63,824 nucleotides of DNA from a virus (taxonomy: Duplodnaviria > Caudoviricetes), in IMG/VR virus record IMGVR_UViG_3300037119_005132, positions 1 to 63,824 of that record. One strand, written 5' to 3'. Made by a program: the position numbers and the translations under genes. The notes beneath the pieces were generated by a model, which ran no database searches, was not told where the DNA came from, and saw nothing but the letters and a program-made list of their open reading frames with translations. How positions within the stretch are numbered: position 1 is the stretch's first letter; each line of letters begins with the position of its first letter. This document shows positions 17,739 to 27,587 of the stretch, one piece after another.

Positions 17739-18308
17739 ATGGGATTCGTCTCGCACATCGTCGGCAACACCACTGCTGACGCCGAGCTCCGCTACACGCA
17801 GAGCGGGCTCCCGGTCGCGAGCTTCACGGTCGCCGTGAACGACCGGAAGTTCAACCGCCAGACCAACGAGTGGGAGGACGGCGAGCCCACGTTCGTGCGC
17901 TGCTCCGCCTGGCGCGAGCTCGCCGAGCACGTCGCGGCCACGCTCACCAAGGGCACCCGCGTGATGGTCAGCGGCAAGGTCTCGATGCAGGAGTTCGAGA
18001 AGAAAGAGGGCGGCACCGGCGCCTCGCTCGAGATGCAGGTCGACGAGATCGGCCCGTCGCTGCGCTACGCCACCGCCGTCGTCACCAGGTCTGCGCCGAA
18101 GCAGCAGGGTGCGCCCCAGCAGGGCGCACCGCAGGGCTACGGCCAGCAGACGCCTCCCGGGTACGGCCAGCAGCAGCCGCAGCAGTGGCAGCAGCCGCAG
18201 CAGGGTGCGCCCGGAGGGTGGCCCGCGCAGCAGCCGCAGCAGGGCGCCCCTCGTCAGCCCGACGCCTGGTCGCAGCCCGGCGCCTACTCAGATGACCAGC
18301 CGTTCTGA
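17739..18308 (+). CDS. ssb: Single-stranded DNA-binding protein
   Basis: Actinobacterial SSB OB-fold (ELRYT, VASFTVA, GPSLRYA); Q/G/P linker; DDQPF tail. Confidence 0.97.
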   Translation: MGFVSHIVGNTTADAELRYTQSGLPVASFTVAVNDRKFNRQTNEWEDGEPTFVRCSAWRELAEHVAATLTKGTRVMVSGKVSMQEFEKKEGGTGASLEMQVDEIGPSLRYATAVVTRSAPKQQGAPQQGAPQGYGQQTPPGYGQQQPQQWQQPQQGAPGGWPAQQPQQGAPRQPDAWSQPGAYSDDQPF

Positions 18309-18424
18309 TGGCCGACGACGTCAGCTACCACGAGTACGAGAGTCCTCGTGGGGAGTCCGCGCCGGACAAGCCGTGCGCAGTCTGCGGCGCTGACCGCAAC
18401 GCGCTGATCCACTCGGTCGGCTGA
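18308..18424 (+). CDS. Tiny Zn-finger-like protein (38 aa)
   Basis: TGATG coupling at both ends; H...CAVCG...H. Confidence 0.6.
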   Translation: MADDVSYHEYESPRGESAPDKPCAVCGADRNALIHSVG

Positions 18425-18891
18425 TGACGCTCGCGCTACGGATCGAGGCGTACGGCGTGCCCGAGTCTCAGGGCTCGGCACGTGCGTTCGTGCAGGGTGG
18501 CAAGGCCATCGTGACTTCCGCCAACGTGAAGCTCCGGCCGTGGCGCGAGACCGTGACCTGGGCCGCGCGCGACGCGATCGTCGCGAACGACTGGGTCACG
18601 CTCGGGTCGCGGGTTCCAGTGAGGTGCGAACTCACCTTCTGGATCCCGCGGCCCTTGAGTGCGCCGAAGACGCGGGACGTCTTGCCCTCCTGGGGGAAGG
18701 ACGTGGACAAGATGATCCGCTCCGTCTTCGACTCGCTCACCAATGCGGGGGTCTGGGTCGACGATTCCCAGGTCTGCGCCGGAGCGTTCAACAAGCGCTT
18801 CGTCGTCGGCCCAGACCTCCCCAAGATCTACGTCGAGCGCTTCCACCGGACAGCGCCCGGCGTCTCCCTACGAATCGAGACCATCGAATGA
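18424..18891 (+). CDS. rusA: RusA-like Holliday junction resolvase
   Basis: P.SQGS, D.DK..R...DSLT..G.W.DDSQV. Confidence 0.92.
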   Translation: MTLALRIEAYGVPESQGSARAFVQGGKAIVTSANVKLRPWRETVTWAARDAIVANDWVTLGSRVPVRCELTFWIPRPLSAPKTRDVLPSWGKDVDKMIRSVFDSLTNAGVWVDDSQVCAGAFNKRFVVGPDLPKIYVERFHRTAPGVSLRIETIE

Positions 18892-19472
18892 GGACTGACA
18901 CCAGAACGGAGCTCGTCGACCTGATCCGCGCCAATCCCACGGCGGAGGTCGTCCTCCCGGACGAGCTCTACAGCGACCGTCACAACGGCGTGCGCACCGA
19001 GATCGAGGGGATCAAGGTGATGCTGCACCGCTGGCTGTATGACCAGCTGAACCCGACCTCCCCGCTCGGCCGTGACCGACTGCGCCGCGACCCCGCGCAC
19101 GACCCGCGCAACGTGAACCCGCTGCTCATGCGACGGGTCGCGCCGAACGACCGACTGCCGACCGACCGCTGCCGTAAAGGGCACCTTTACAGCGAGGTCG
19201 GCGAGCTCCCCGAGGGTCGCGGCGACAAGCGGCGATGTCGGCAGTGCTGGCGAGAATCGAGGGATCGGGTGAACCAGGCCGAGCGCACGGAGTACCCCAG
19301 CGCGAACCCCGTGCACGCCAACCGCGACAAGACCCACTGCCCGAACGGGCACGAGTACACCCCCGAGAACACGCTCCGCTGGGCGGCCGACAAGGGCCGC
19401 CGGCGGTGCCGCATCTGTGAGACCACCCGCGCGAAGGCGCGCTGGAACGAGAGGAAGAACGATGGCAACTAG
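18888..19472 (+). CDS. Degenerate HNH-like protein with two Zn ribbons (194 aa)
   Basis: LHRWLY..NVNP; CRKGH..RCRQC and CPNGHEYTPENT..RCRIC. Confidence 0.7.
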   Translation: MRTDTRTELVDLIRANPTAEVVLPDELYSDRHNGVRTEIEGIKVMLHRWLYDQLNPTSPLGRDRLRRDPAHDPRNVNPLLMRRVAPNDRLPTDRCRKGHLYSEVGELPEGRGDKRRCRQCWRESRDRVNQAERTEYPSANPVHANRDKTHCPNGHEYTPENTLRWAADKGRRRCRICETTRAKARWNERKNDGN

Positions 19473-20589
19473 GAAGAAGCCTGTGGAGCAGCCCGCTCCC
19501 GAGCCCGAAGAGGTACAGGAAGACCCGCACGCCGACGCTGAGACCGGCGAGATCATCGACGCCGAGACGGAGGACATCCCGTTCGAGGAGCACGAGACGC
19601 CGCCGCGGCCGACGAGCATGATGACCGCGCTGCCGCGCACGTCGGACATGACGCAGTGGAGCGACGAGCAGGCCGCCCTGCTCGACGCCGCCGGCCTCGT
19701 TCAGCGGAAGAACGGGCAGGCTCCGAACTGGGCACCGCGCGCCACCGTCGCGGCGTTCCTGCAGCAGTGCGCACGCACCGGGCTCGACCCGATCGCTCGC
19801 CAGATCTACTGCATCGAGCGCGCCGGGAAGTGGCAGATCCAGATCTCCATCGACGGCGCACGCCTGGTCGCTCAGCGCTCCGGTGAGTACCGCGGCCAGA
19901 CCCCGGCGCAGTGGACCGGCGACGGCCGCGAGTGGTTCGACGTGTGGCTGTTCGAGACCCCGCCTGCCGCCGCTCGTGTCGGCGTCTACCGCGAGGGCTT
20001 CGCCGAGCCGCTGTACGCCGTCGCCCGCTGGTCGAGCTACGCGGTCTACACCAAGGACTGGAAGACGAAGCAGGAGAAGCTCTCGTCGATGTGGCAGAAG
20101 ATGCCCGACGTGATGCTGAGCAAGGTCGCCGAGATGCTGGCGCTGCGCAAGGCGTTCCCGCAGGATCTGTCCGGCCTCTACTCCACCGAGGAGATGGAGC
20201 AGGCAGGCCCGGGTGCGGGCGTGCAGGCCGCACCCGAGCCCGCGAAGACGGCGGTCGCGCCGGTCGTCGCCAGCCCGCAGGCGCCCAGCCGGGAGCCCGA
20301 GGGTGACGCCCGCTGGGTGCCGTGGAAGAAGCTCATCGACAGCGCGCCCGCCGAGAAGCTGGCCGAGGTCCGCGAGAACGCGGCGCACGCCGGCATCCTC
20401 AACCTGCAGGTGCCCGGCGCGGACTACCGGGTGCTCGACTACATCGTCGCCCGCGAGCTTGAGCTCAAGGGCGAGGGGCGAGCGAAGCCCGCATCCGTGC
20501 AGGAGCGCCTGGCGCAGGGTCTCAAGACCGACGACAGCTACGACCGTGCCGCCGCCGAGGCCGAGCAGTTCCCGGGAGCCCCCGAGTGA
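19462..20589 (+). CDS. bet: RecT/Bet-like single-strand annealing recombinase
   Basis: TGLDP..RQIY, SIDGARLVAQRSG, W.KMP.VML.KVAE..ALRKAFP. Confidence 0.93.
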   Translation: MATRKKPVEQPAPEPEEVQEDPHADAETGEIIDAETEDIPFEEHETPPRPTSMMTALPRTSDMTQWSDEQAALLDAAGLVQRKNGQAPNWAPRATVAAFLQQCARTGLDPIARQIYCIERAGKWQIQISIDGARLVAQRSGEYRGQTPAQWTGDGREWFDVWLFETPPAAARVGVYREGFAEPLYAVARWSSYAVYTKDWKTKQEKLSSMWQKMPDVMLSKVAEMLALRKAFPQDLSGLYSTEEMEQAGPGAGVQAAPEPAKTAVAPVVASPQAPSREPEGDARWVPWKKLIDSAPAEKLAEVRENAAHAGILNLQVPGADYRVLDYIVARELELKGEGRAKPASVQERLAQGLKTDDSYDRAAAEAEQFPGAPE

Positions 20590-20906
20590 GCGCGCTGCCC
20601 GAGGACATCACGCCCGAGGTGCTCGCCGCCCACCGTGGCGGCGTCGCAGCCGCCGGGAACCTCATCGACCTCACGGTGTCGTTCATGCGGCACGAGGCAG
20701 ACTCCCCCGAGGAGCGGATTGCCGAGGTCGAGCTCGCCTCCGGCGTGATGAGCACCGTCGACCTCCCCGAGGAGGTCGTGGCGAACGTCATCATGTCGCT
20801 CTGCGCGCTGATCGTCGAGGTCGCCGAGCCTGGCCCTGTGGTGGCCTGGTTCGAGCGGCAGTACGACCGACTCAACGAAGCTGAGGGGTCAGCTGATGCC
20901 AGTTGA
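20586..20906 (+). CDS. Hypothetical protein (106 aa)
   Basis: GTGA overlap. Confidence 0.75.
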   Translation: MSALPEDITPEVLAAHRGGVAAAGNLIDLTVSFMRHEADSPEERIAEVELASGVMSTVDLPEEVVANVIMSLCALIVEVAEPGPVVAWFERQYDRLNEAEGSADAS

Positions 20907-21855
20907 ACTGGTGCGGGACGAGGAGCTTGAAGCGAAGCTCCTGGGTGCCGTCATTGCGGAGGAACGCGCACGTCCGCGCTCGCTTCAACGCGAGGTGGGC
21001 CCGAGCGAGATTGGTGGCTGCCTGGAACTCATGCGCTCCAAGGTCTTCGAGCCGGCGGAGGACGACGCACCGGAGGAGCACTGGCACGTCGCCGCCCAGA
21101 TCGGAACGGTCATGGGCGACGCGCTGGAAGACATCTTCGGTCGTCGGTTGGATGCGCTCACTCAACAGCGCATCACGGCGAGCCTGGAAGAGCTCGGGAT
21201 CTCGATCTCGGGCTCGGCGGATGTGATCTTCATCGACGACAACACGATCATCGACCTCAAGTCGACGGCGGCGATGGGGTCAGTCTTCTACGAGGGCCCG
21301 AAGCTCAGCTACTACATCCAGATCGCGATCTACGTGATGGGTGCAGTGCAGGCAGGCATCCTCGAGCCCGGCGCCGAGGGGCGGATCGTCTACTACGACC
21401 GGACCGGCCAGCAGCAGTCGTTCGTGGCCGTCGTGGTGTCATGGGAGGCCATCCAGAACTTCTTCGACCTCGCTCAGCAGCGCATCCGCACCGTGATGCA
21501 CGCTCAGGAGGTCTGGGAGGACACCGGTGACACCCACCTGATCCACGACCTCCGCGAGTACACGCCGAGCTACTGCTTCTCGGCCAAGGTCGAGTGCCCG
21601 CGGCGCTTCAAGTGCTGGGGTGGCACCGACTGGGCTCCGGTGGAGATCCTCACGGATCCGAACCACCTGTCGGCCGCGCGTCGCTACATCGAGGGGCGCC
21701 GGCTGGCGCAGATCGGCGCGGCGATGAAAGACGAGGCCAAGGGAGAGCTCGAGGGGATCAACGGCACGTTCGAGGAGGGCATCATGATCGGCCGCGACAA
21801 GCGCGGGTACATCTCGGTCGTCGAGACCAAGGTAGAGACGGAGACAAAGGCATGA
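20896..21855 (+). CDS. Cas4-like PD-(D/E)xK exonuclease
   Basis: GPSEIGGC, GSAD, IIDLKS, Q..IY, C-terminal Cys cluster; lies near recombinase. Confidence 0.85.
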   Translation: MPVELVRDEELEAKLLGAVIAEERARPRSLQREVGPSEIGGCLELMRSKVFEPAEDDAPEEHWHVAAQIGTVMGDALEDIFGRRLDALTQQRITASLEELGISISGSADVIFIDDNTIIDLKSTAAMGSVFYEGPKLSYYIQIAIYVMGAVQAGILEPGAEGRIVYYDRTGQQQSFVAVVVSWEAIQNFFDLAQQRIRTVMHAQEVWEDTGDTHLIHDLREYTPSYCFSAKVECPRRFKCWGGTDWAPVEILTDPNHLSAARRYIEGRRLAQIGAAMKDEAKGELEGINGTFEEGIMIGRDKRGYISVVETKVETETKA

Positions 21856-22331
21856 ACGACGAGACGCTCTACGAGCGCATGAAGCGGATCGCCAGCGACA
21901 TCACGCTGCCCGAGCAGTTCGCGATCGAGGTCAATCACGACGACGACCACGAGCTCCACTACTTCCAGATCGCCTGCTGGCGCATGGACGTGGTCACCGG
22001 CGAGATGGGCATGGGCTACGGCGGACCCGGGTACGTGAATCCGCTCGCCTCCGACTCGCAGCTGGTGAGCCTGATCTTCGGGCTCTACCTGCGCTACGTC
22101 GAGCACGAGGCGCGCGAGACGTTCGAGTGGCGGGGCAAGCGCATCTATGGCCCGCACATCGACGTGAACGCGCTGTGGGAAGTCGCTCGCCGGGTCGACG
22201 TGCGCTCTGCGATGCACGTCGGGGACCGCGGTATCCACGACCACGGCGCGCGAGACAGCCGTGACGACGACCTGGACCTCGCTGGATACCGCGCCGACCC
22301 ACACTACGACCTCGGCGGGAGTCCACAGTGA
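21852..22331 (+). CDS. Hypothetical protein (159 aa)
   Basis: EHEARE.F......GPH motif. Confidence 0.8.
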   Translation: MNDETLYERMKRIASDITLPEQFAIEVNHDDDHELHYFQIACWRMDVVTGEMGMGYGGPGYVNPLASDSQLVSLIFGLYLRYVEHEARETFEWRGKRIYGPHIDVNALWEVARRVDVRSAMHVGDRGIHDHGARDSRDDDLDLAGYRADPHYDLGGSPQ

Positions 22332-23053
22332 CCGGCGGGAAGAACGGCGCGACGCCGTTTGAGAATCTGCGCCACCTGCAGAGCAAGCCGATCATCGAGA
22401 ATCCGGCCACGCTCACGCTGACAAAGTGTCCTGCCCACCCCACGAAGCGGATGTGGACCGACCCGATCGAGGCGATCCGGGAGGCGGAAGTGCGCTCGAC
22501 TGCCGCGAAGATGCCCATCGCGGCTTATCGCTGTGATGGATGCGGCAATGCGCACCTCTGCAAGCTGGACAACGTCCGTCCGGGATCGCTTCTGACCCGG
22601 CCGGAACGGAACTTCGAGGTGTTCAAGCCGGTGAGGCCCGGCAATTCCGACGCGAAGCGGAAGCTGCTTCTCGAGTATCTGGATGGGCGCACCGAGGCCA
22701 CGTCCGAGGTGCTCATGACCCTGCTCGACGTCACCAACACGAGGACGGTGGGCCGCTACATGCAGGAGATCGGCTGGTACAACACCCGCGGGCGCAACGC
22801 CGTCTGGAAGCTCCGGGAGGAGAAGCCGGTCGAGGTCGAGGCGCCGAAGCGGAAGCTTGCGGCCGTCGAGAAGCCGACAGACAAGCCGATCGACCTGGCG
22901 AAGCGTCGGCATCCGTCGGCGCAGAACACCGGCTGGGTCGGGATGACCGGGCTGGACAAGATCAGGCACATCGCCTTGGGCGACCTGATCGACACGCTCG
23001 CGGCCGCCGGCCGCGAGCTTCGGATAGCAACGAGGGAGATCGACAATGACTGA
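22328..23053 (+). CDS. Hypothetical protein, Zn ribbon plus HTH-like (241 aa)
   Basis: C...K......A...YRC..CG..HL. Confidence 0.75.
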   Translation: MTGGKNGATPFENLRHLQSKPIIENPATLTLTKCPAHPTKRMWTDPIEAIREAEVRSTAAKMPIAAYRCDGCGNAHLCKLDNVRPGSLLTRPERNFEVFKPVRPGNSDAKRKLLLEYLDGRTEATSEVLMTLLDVTNTRTVGRYMQEIGWYNTRGRNAVWKLREEKPVEVEAPKRKLAAVEKPTDKPIDLAKRRHPSAQNTGWVGMTGLDKIRHIALGDLIDTLAAAGRELRIATREIDND

Positions 23054-23192
23054 CCCCACCCCCATCCGCCCCCGCGTCGAGCGCAAGCGCGGCCCGGTCA
23101 TCGCGGCGCTCATCGTGCTCGGCCTCGGCATCGTGGGCATCGTGACGCTCTCCGTCCTCATCACCCTCGCCGTCACGGGGCAGATCGGGTGA
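23046..23192 (+). CDS. Small membrane protein (48 aa)
   Basis: RBS GGGAG; one TM helix. Confidence 0.7.
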   Translation: MTDPTPIRPRVERKRGPVIAALIVLGLGIVGIVTLSVLITLAVTGQIG

Positions 23193-23392
23193 CCGACACC
23201 GAGAGCATCGACCAGACACTCGGTCTGATCGAGGGCGTGAACAGTCTCGCCGACTCGATGGACGCGATGAAGCGCGCTCTCGAGGAGCGCGCATGGTCGA
23301 CGCCGATGGCTGAACAGGTCGGCGCGCAGTTCGGTGCCGTCCTGTTCGCCATGATTGGAAACGCTCAGCGCCCACCGGAGGGGAAGCGATGA
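23189..23392 (+). CDS. Hypothetical protein (67 aa)
   Basis: GTGA overlap. Confidence 0.7.
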   Translation: MTDTESIDQTLGLIEGVNSLADSMDAMKRALEERAWSTPMAEQVGAQFGAVLFAMIGNAQRPPEGKR

Positions 23393-23823
23393 GCCTCCGG
23401 CCACCGCCGCTGTGCGTTCGGTGCGATCTGCCACCCAATCCGGGTCGACGCCTCAACATGCGCAACCTGTGCAGTCGATGCGTCTACCAGCTGGGTGAGG
23501 CGATCGACGAGTGGCCGATCGTGCGGAAGCACGCTCGGCTTCGCGAAGAGGGCGAGCGCTTCCATGACACGCAGGGCTACATCCGTATCAAGCGCGGCAA
23601 GCGGATCGTGGCCGAACACCGCGCCGTCATGGAGGAGCAACTCGGCCGGTCGCTCGTCAAGGGCGAGACGGTCCACCACAAGAACGGAGTCCATGATGAC
23701 AACCGACCCGAGAATCTCGAGCTCTGGTACTCGCAGCCGGCAGGCCAGAGGATCGAAGACCTCGCCGACTACCTCATCACCCACCACGCCGCCCTGCTCG
23801 CAGAGCGCCAGACGCCCGCCTGA
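23389..23823 (+). CDS. HNH endonuclease
   Basis: EHRAVME..LGR.L...ETVHHKNG...[10 protein letters not shown]. Confidence 0.92.
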   Translation: MSLRPPPLCVRCDLPPNPGRRLNMRNLCSRCVYQLGEAIDEWPIVRKHARLREEGERFHDTQGYIRIKRGKRIVAEHRAVMEEQLGRSLVKGETVHHKNGVHDDNRPENLELWYSQPAGQRIEDLADYLITHHAALLAERQTPA

Positions 23824-23940
23824 GCCTCCGAAGCCCCGGAAGGGGTCGTGATGGCACCCCAACCCACATCGGCGCTGAGCGCTGACGACAGCCTCAACCA
23901 GCCACAATTCCGTGGCACCAACCCTGGAAGGACTGCAGTA

Positions 23941-24774
23941 ATGGAAGCCAAGACCGATCTCAAGGTCGAATGGGTGGCCGTGACACCCGAGGTGGCCCAG
24001 GCATACCTCGAATCCATGCGGGTGAATCGGCCGCTGTCGACCGCCAACCTCAAGAAGATCCAGGTCGACATGAAGGAGGGTCGCTGGCACGAAGATGGAG
24101 GTCCGCTCCGCTTCGACAAGCAGGGCGCGATGATCGACGGCCAGCACCGCATGTGGGCCATCGTCGAGACCGAGATGACCTTCAACTTCCTGGTCATCCG
24201 AGGGGTGGACTTCGCAGCGATGGCGACGATGGATACCGGCAAGAGCCGGTCTGTCTCCGACATCATCGGGCTCTACGACCCGATGGCGAAGGATCTGACG
24301 AACCTCGCCGCGTGCACCACGATCGCCTACCGCTGGGAGGCGGGCATCCGCGGCACCAGCCTGCGGAACTTCGCGCTGTCCAACGACGAGGTGCTGGTCT
24401 TCTACGACGAGAACAAGCTGGCGCTCGGCGAAGCCGCGCGCATCGGCAAGAAGGTCAGCCGTCACGTGCAGGGAGCGACCACGCAGGGCTTCTCGCTGTG
24501 CGCCTGGGTCTTCGAGCGCATCGACCACGAGGACGCGGCGTTCTTCTGGGAGCGCCTCATGGACGGCGTCGGCCTCGACGAGGACTCGCCCATCCGGGCG
24601 CTGCGTGAGCTCTTCCTGCGGGAAGCGCGCTCGAGCCGGCCGAAGATGCGGTCGGAGCTTGCCGCAGCATTCACGATCAAGGCGTGGAACGCCTACCGCG
24701 AGGGTCGGGCGATGAAGGTCGTCTCGTACCGCATCGGTGGCGCGTCACCCGAGCGATTCCCGGAGGCCGTCTGA
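23941..24774 (+). CDS. ParB-like N-terminal domain protein (277 aa)
   Basis: VTPE.A..YL, NRPL, G.W, IDGQHR..A, D.G..R. Confidence 0.8.
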   Translation: MEAKTDLKVEWVAVTPEVAQAYLESMRVNRPLSTANLKKIQVDMKEGRWHEDGGPLRFDKQGAMIDGQHRMWAIVETEMTFNFLVIRGVDFAAMATMDTGKSRSVSDIIGLYDPMAKDLTNLAACTTIAYRWEAGIRGTSLRNFALSNDEVLVFYDENKLALGEAARIGKKVSRHVQGATTQGFSLCAWVFERIDHEDAAFFWERLMDGVGLDEDSPIRALRELFLREARSSRPKMRSELAAAFTIKAWNAYREGRAMKVVSYRIGGASPERFPEAV

Positions 24775-25205
24775 TGTCCACCCCGATCACCTACGACGCC
24801 ATGCTCGGCGCGCTCGAGAGAGCCATCGAGCAGCGCGGCGCGGACTACATCCACGCTGCCGACTGCGTCTACGTCGACCGCGAGGACCGTCCGGTCTGCG
24901 GCGTCGGCGTGGCGCTGCTCGACCTCGGCTACCTCGACACCGTGAAGTTCCTCGTGCTCGCGCACCAGATGGACGGCGGACTCCTGATCCCGGACGTCGC
25001 GGACAGGAACTACCAGCCGCGCGCCTCGGCTCTGCTCGACGCGATGGATGACTCCGGCATCGAGGTCGACCCTCGAGCGAGAGATCTCGCGCAGGCGTTC
25101 CAGATCTGGCAGGACGAGGGGCGCTCCTGGGGCGACGCGCTCGAGCACGCCAGATTCACCACACCGACCGACCCCTTCGCCCGGAGAGAAGAGCACGCAT
25201 CATGA
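24774..25205 (+). CDS. Hypothetical protein (143 aa)
   Basis: C.Y...P.C.VG; Q..QD.G.SWG.A. Confidence 0.8.
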   Translation: MSTPITYDAMLGALERAIEQRGADYIHAADCVYVDREDRPVCGVGVALLDLGYLDTVKFLVLAHQMDGGLLIPDVADRNYQPRASALLDAMDDSGIEVDPRARDLAQAFQIWQDEGRSWGDALEHARFTTPTDPFARREEHAS

Positions 25206-25657
25206 CCGAACCCATCCTCACCGCGGACCTCGTGGAGAAGGTCTACGCCGCCTGCCTGTACTCCGACGAGGAGACGGCTGGCTGGGACGGGACCGCGGAG
25301 ACCCTGCCCGAGGGCACGATCATCACCGACGGGATCTTGAACCAGACCGGCTTCCACCCGGGTCGCATCGAGGAGAACCGCGAGGTGATCTGGGACATGC
25401 TCGCGGAGCTCCCGCTCAACTTCCGGCCGACGATTGAGGGCGGCGGTGGCGGCTGGTCGTTCCTGAACGCCTGTATGCGCGAGGACGGCGAGCAGTGGAC
25501 CGGCCTCCACCAGACGCAGGACCGGCTGTTCCAGCTGGGCATGGCCATCGGCGCGGTGAAGTACGCGCTGCCCCGCGCCATGTGGGCAGCGCTCCCCGGC
25601 GGGATGCCGTACCTCACCGTCAGCCTGGCTCCCGTGAGCGAGGTCGCCGATGTCTGA
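25202..25657 (+). CDS. Hypothetical protein (151 aa)
   Basis: GGGWSFLNAC...GEQWTG.H; LPGGMPY. Confidence 0.85.
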   Translation: MTEPILTADLVEKVYAACLYSDEETAGWDGTAETLPEGTIITDGILNQTGFHPGRIEENREVIWDMLAELPLNFRPTIEGGGGGWSFLNACMREDGEQWTGLHQTQDRLFQLGMAIGAVKYALPRAMWAALPGGMPYLTVSLAPVSEVADV

Positions 25658-25889
25658 CAACAAGGTGCGTCCCATCGAGGTCCGCCTCAAGGAGTACGCC
25701 GAGGCGACGCGCGCTCTCAACCCGCAGATGATCGCAGTGGCCGAGGCGGCGGAGGCGAAGTTCGGCAAGGCCGCGAACACCGAGCCGCTGCGTGATGCCG
25801 CTCGGCTGTACGAGCTCATCGCGAACGACCTGGACAAGATCCTGGCCGGCGAGGAGCTCACCCCGTTCCGAGTGGAGGGTGTGCTGTGA
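25650..25889 (+). CDS. Hypothetical protein (79 aa)
   Basis: RBS GAGGT; overlap. Confidence 0.75.
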   Translation: MSDNKVRPIEVRLKEYAEATRALNPQMIAVAEAAEAKFGKAANTEPLRDAARLYELIANDLDKILAGEELTPFRVEGVL

Positions 25890-26215
25890 ACCTCAACGAC
25901 ATCATCGAGGAGGCCATCGACGATGAGCTCTCCGCACAGAACGCCGGCAACGATGTCGCAATGACGGCGCTCGCGGCGTTCATCGAGCAGAAGATCGTGG
26001 CCGCCAGCGGCGGCCCCGATCACATCGTGCGCTCCGACCACGTGCACGGCGTGCTCACCATGCAGCACCCGATCGCCGAGCGCTTCGACGGCACGCTGCT
26101 GTTCGACTGCGACATCTTCGAGCACATCCGCAAGGCGCGAGCAGTGTTCGGCGACGGCTCGTTCCGCGTCTGGGTGAAGGACGGCATCCTGCGCTACGAG
26201 AAGGTGCCCTCATGA
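25886..26215 (+). CDS. Hypothetical protein (109 aa)
   Basis: RBS GGAGG; QHP..ER...LFDC. Confidence 0.75.
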   Translation: MNLNDIIEEAIDDELSAQNAGNDVAMTALAAFIEQKIVAASGGPDHIVRSDHVHGVLTMQHPIAERFDGTLLFDCDIFEHIRKARAVFGDGSFRVWVKDGILRYEKVPS

Positions 26216-26346
26216 AGACGCTCGCGGAGATCCAGACGAAGCTCGCGGAGAGCCGCGAGTGGGTGGACGAGAACGAGAACAGCGGCGCGTCCGAGGTCGG
26301 CGTTGAGCTCGGCTGGCTGCAGGCGCTCGAATGGGTGCTCTCATGA
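26212..26346 (+). CDS. Small hypothetical protein (44 aa)
   Basis: ATGA overlaps at both ends; ALEWVL. Confidence 0.7.
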   Translation: MKTLAEIQTKLAESREWVDENENSGASEVGVELGWLQALEWVLS

Positions 26347-26600
26347 AGTGGCTCGCGGCGGCGGGGGTCATCCTCGCCGCCGCGGGTGGCACCTCGTCGT
26401 GCTCGGGCGAGGGCGCCAGCCCGAGGGAGCCCCAGCCCATCCAGCAGCAGTCCTCCACGGACGGCATCGAGGAGCGCAAGATCATGCTCCACGACGGCAC
26501 GGTGCTGACCTGCATCACGTGGGTCGACAGCGGCTACTCCGGCGACGGCACGGCGGCCGGCATCGACTGCGACTGGGCGAGCAAGAGGGGGACGAAGTGA
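26343..26600 (+). CDS. Putative lipoprotein (85 aa)
   Basis: Hydrophobic N-terminus then TSSC; L.DG..L.C...G.DCDW. Confidence 0.7.
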   Translation: MKWLAAAGVILAAAGGTSSCSGEGASPREPQPIQQQSSTDGIEERKIMLHDGTVLTCITWVDSGYSGDGTAAGIDCDWASKRGTK

Positions 26601-26788
26601 ACGGCAAGAACGAGCCCGTCGTGGTCATCACGCTGCGCCTGACGCAGACCCTCGTGATGAACCGCGGCATCGGCGACGTGATGCGGAACATGACGCTCAT
26701 GCAGGACGGGCGCATGATCGTCGACTACGAGTCGAACGGGCTCGCGTGGGCCGGCGACGTCGTCGGGGAGTGGGTGTTGGAGTCATGA
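26597..26788 (+). CDS. Hypothetical protein (63 aa)
   Basis: GTGA overlap. Confidence 0.7.
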   Translation: MNGKNEPVVVITLRLTQTLVMNRGIGDVMRNMTLMQDGRMIVDYESNGLAWAGDVVGEWVLES

Positions 26789-26997
26789 GCGATGGCATCG
26801 TTCCGGTGTACATGAACAAGGACTGGCAGCGGATGCGCACTCGCCTCCGCGACGCCGCGCGCTCCGCCGAGGTGGCGGCCGCGGCATCCACCATCGAGGA
26901 GGTCGCGCGCAATCTCGGCGAGGCATCCATCGCCCTGATCGACGCCGACTTCGCTCGCCGGCACATCGAGCGTGACCGCGAGAGGGGGAAGGGATGA
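26785..26997 (+). CDS. Hypothetical protein (70 aa)
   Basis: ATGA overlap. Confidence 0.7.
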   Translation: MSDGIVPVYMNKDWQRMRTRLRDAARSAEVAAAASTIEEVARNLGEASIALIDADFARRHIERDRERGKG

Positions 26998-27200
26998 GCA
27001 CCGCCCGGAAGATCGAGGTCGTGCTGACCGAAGCGCAGTACGACGCGCTCGCCTCAGCCGTCGGCCACCTCGCGACGGCGCTTGAGCAGGACGGCCAGGG
27101 CGTGCAGGATCGCGGGCTGCAGCGAGCGCTGGACAACGGCTGGTCCCGCGTCCGCACCGCCTGGCACGCTCACGCGAGAGGCGCCGCCCGTCATGAGTAA
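26994..27200 (+). CDS. Hypothetical protein (68 aa)
   Basis: ATGA overlap. Confidence 0.7.
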   Translation: MSTARKIEVVLTEAQYDALASAVGHLATALEQDGQGVQDRGLQRALDNGWSRVRTAWHAHARGAARHE

Positions 27201-27429
27201 GCCCGTCCCCACCGTGGTCGAACTTGCTGCGCAGGGCCGGCACCTCGCGTACCTGGTGACGGGCAGCAAGAAGGGCGAGGTCTCCCGCTACCACGTGACC
27301 GCCGAGGGCCACGCCCTGATGGGCGCGGCCATGCGGGAGAACGCCGAGGCCGCGATCGCGAGCGGCGAGACTGCTTGGGTGCAGCCGCCATCGCGCGACA
27401 TCCCTGCACTGAGAGGGCCGGTGGCATGA
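27193..27429 (+). CDS. Hypothetical protein (78 aa)
   Basis: RBS GAGG; overlap. Confidence 0.7.
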   Translation: MSKPVPTVVELAAQGRHLAYLVTGSKKGEVSRYHVTAEGHALMGAAMRENAEAAIASGETAWVQPPSRDIPALRGPVA

Positions 27430-27587
27430 CCAAGCGGAAGAAGATGCACATCGAGACGGGCCTGTCCCGTGCGGGGTTCGCCCACCCGTGCGGGCACCGT
27501 GCCCCCTCGAACCGCGTCACAACAGACCCGGACAAGGTGGACTGCTACGGCTGTCTCGCCTGGGTCGTGAGAGTAGGGAAGCGATGA
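27426..27587 (+). CDS. Small Zn-binding protein (53 aa)
   Basis: H...CG...VDCxxC, same pattern as 4065-4289. Confidence 0.65.
   Translation: MTKRKKMHIETGLSRAGFAHPCGHRAPSNRVTTDPDKVDCYGCLAWVVRVGKR

Noticed and set aside
20896-21855. Cas4-like gene as a sign of a CRISPR system
   Set aside because: No repeat-spacer array or other cas genes; context with RecT indicates a recombination exonuclease.
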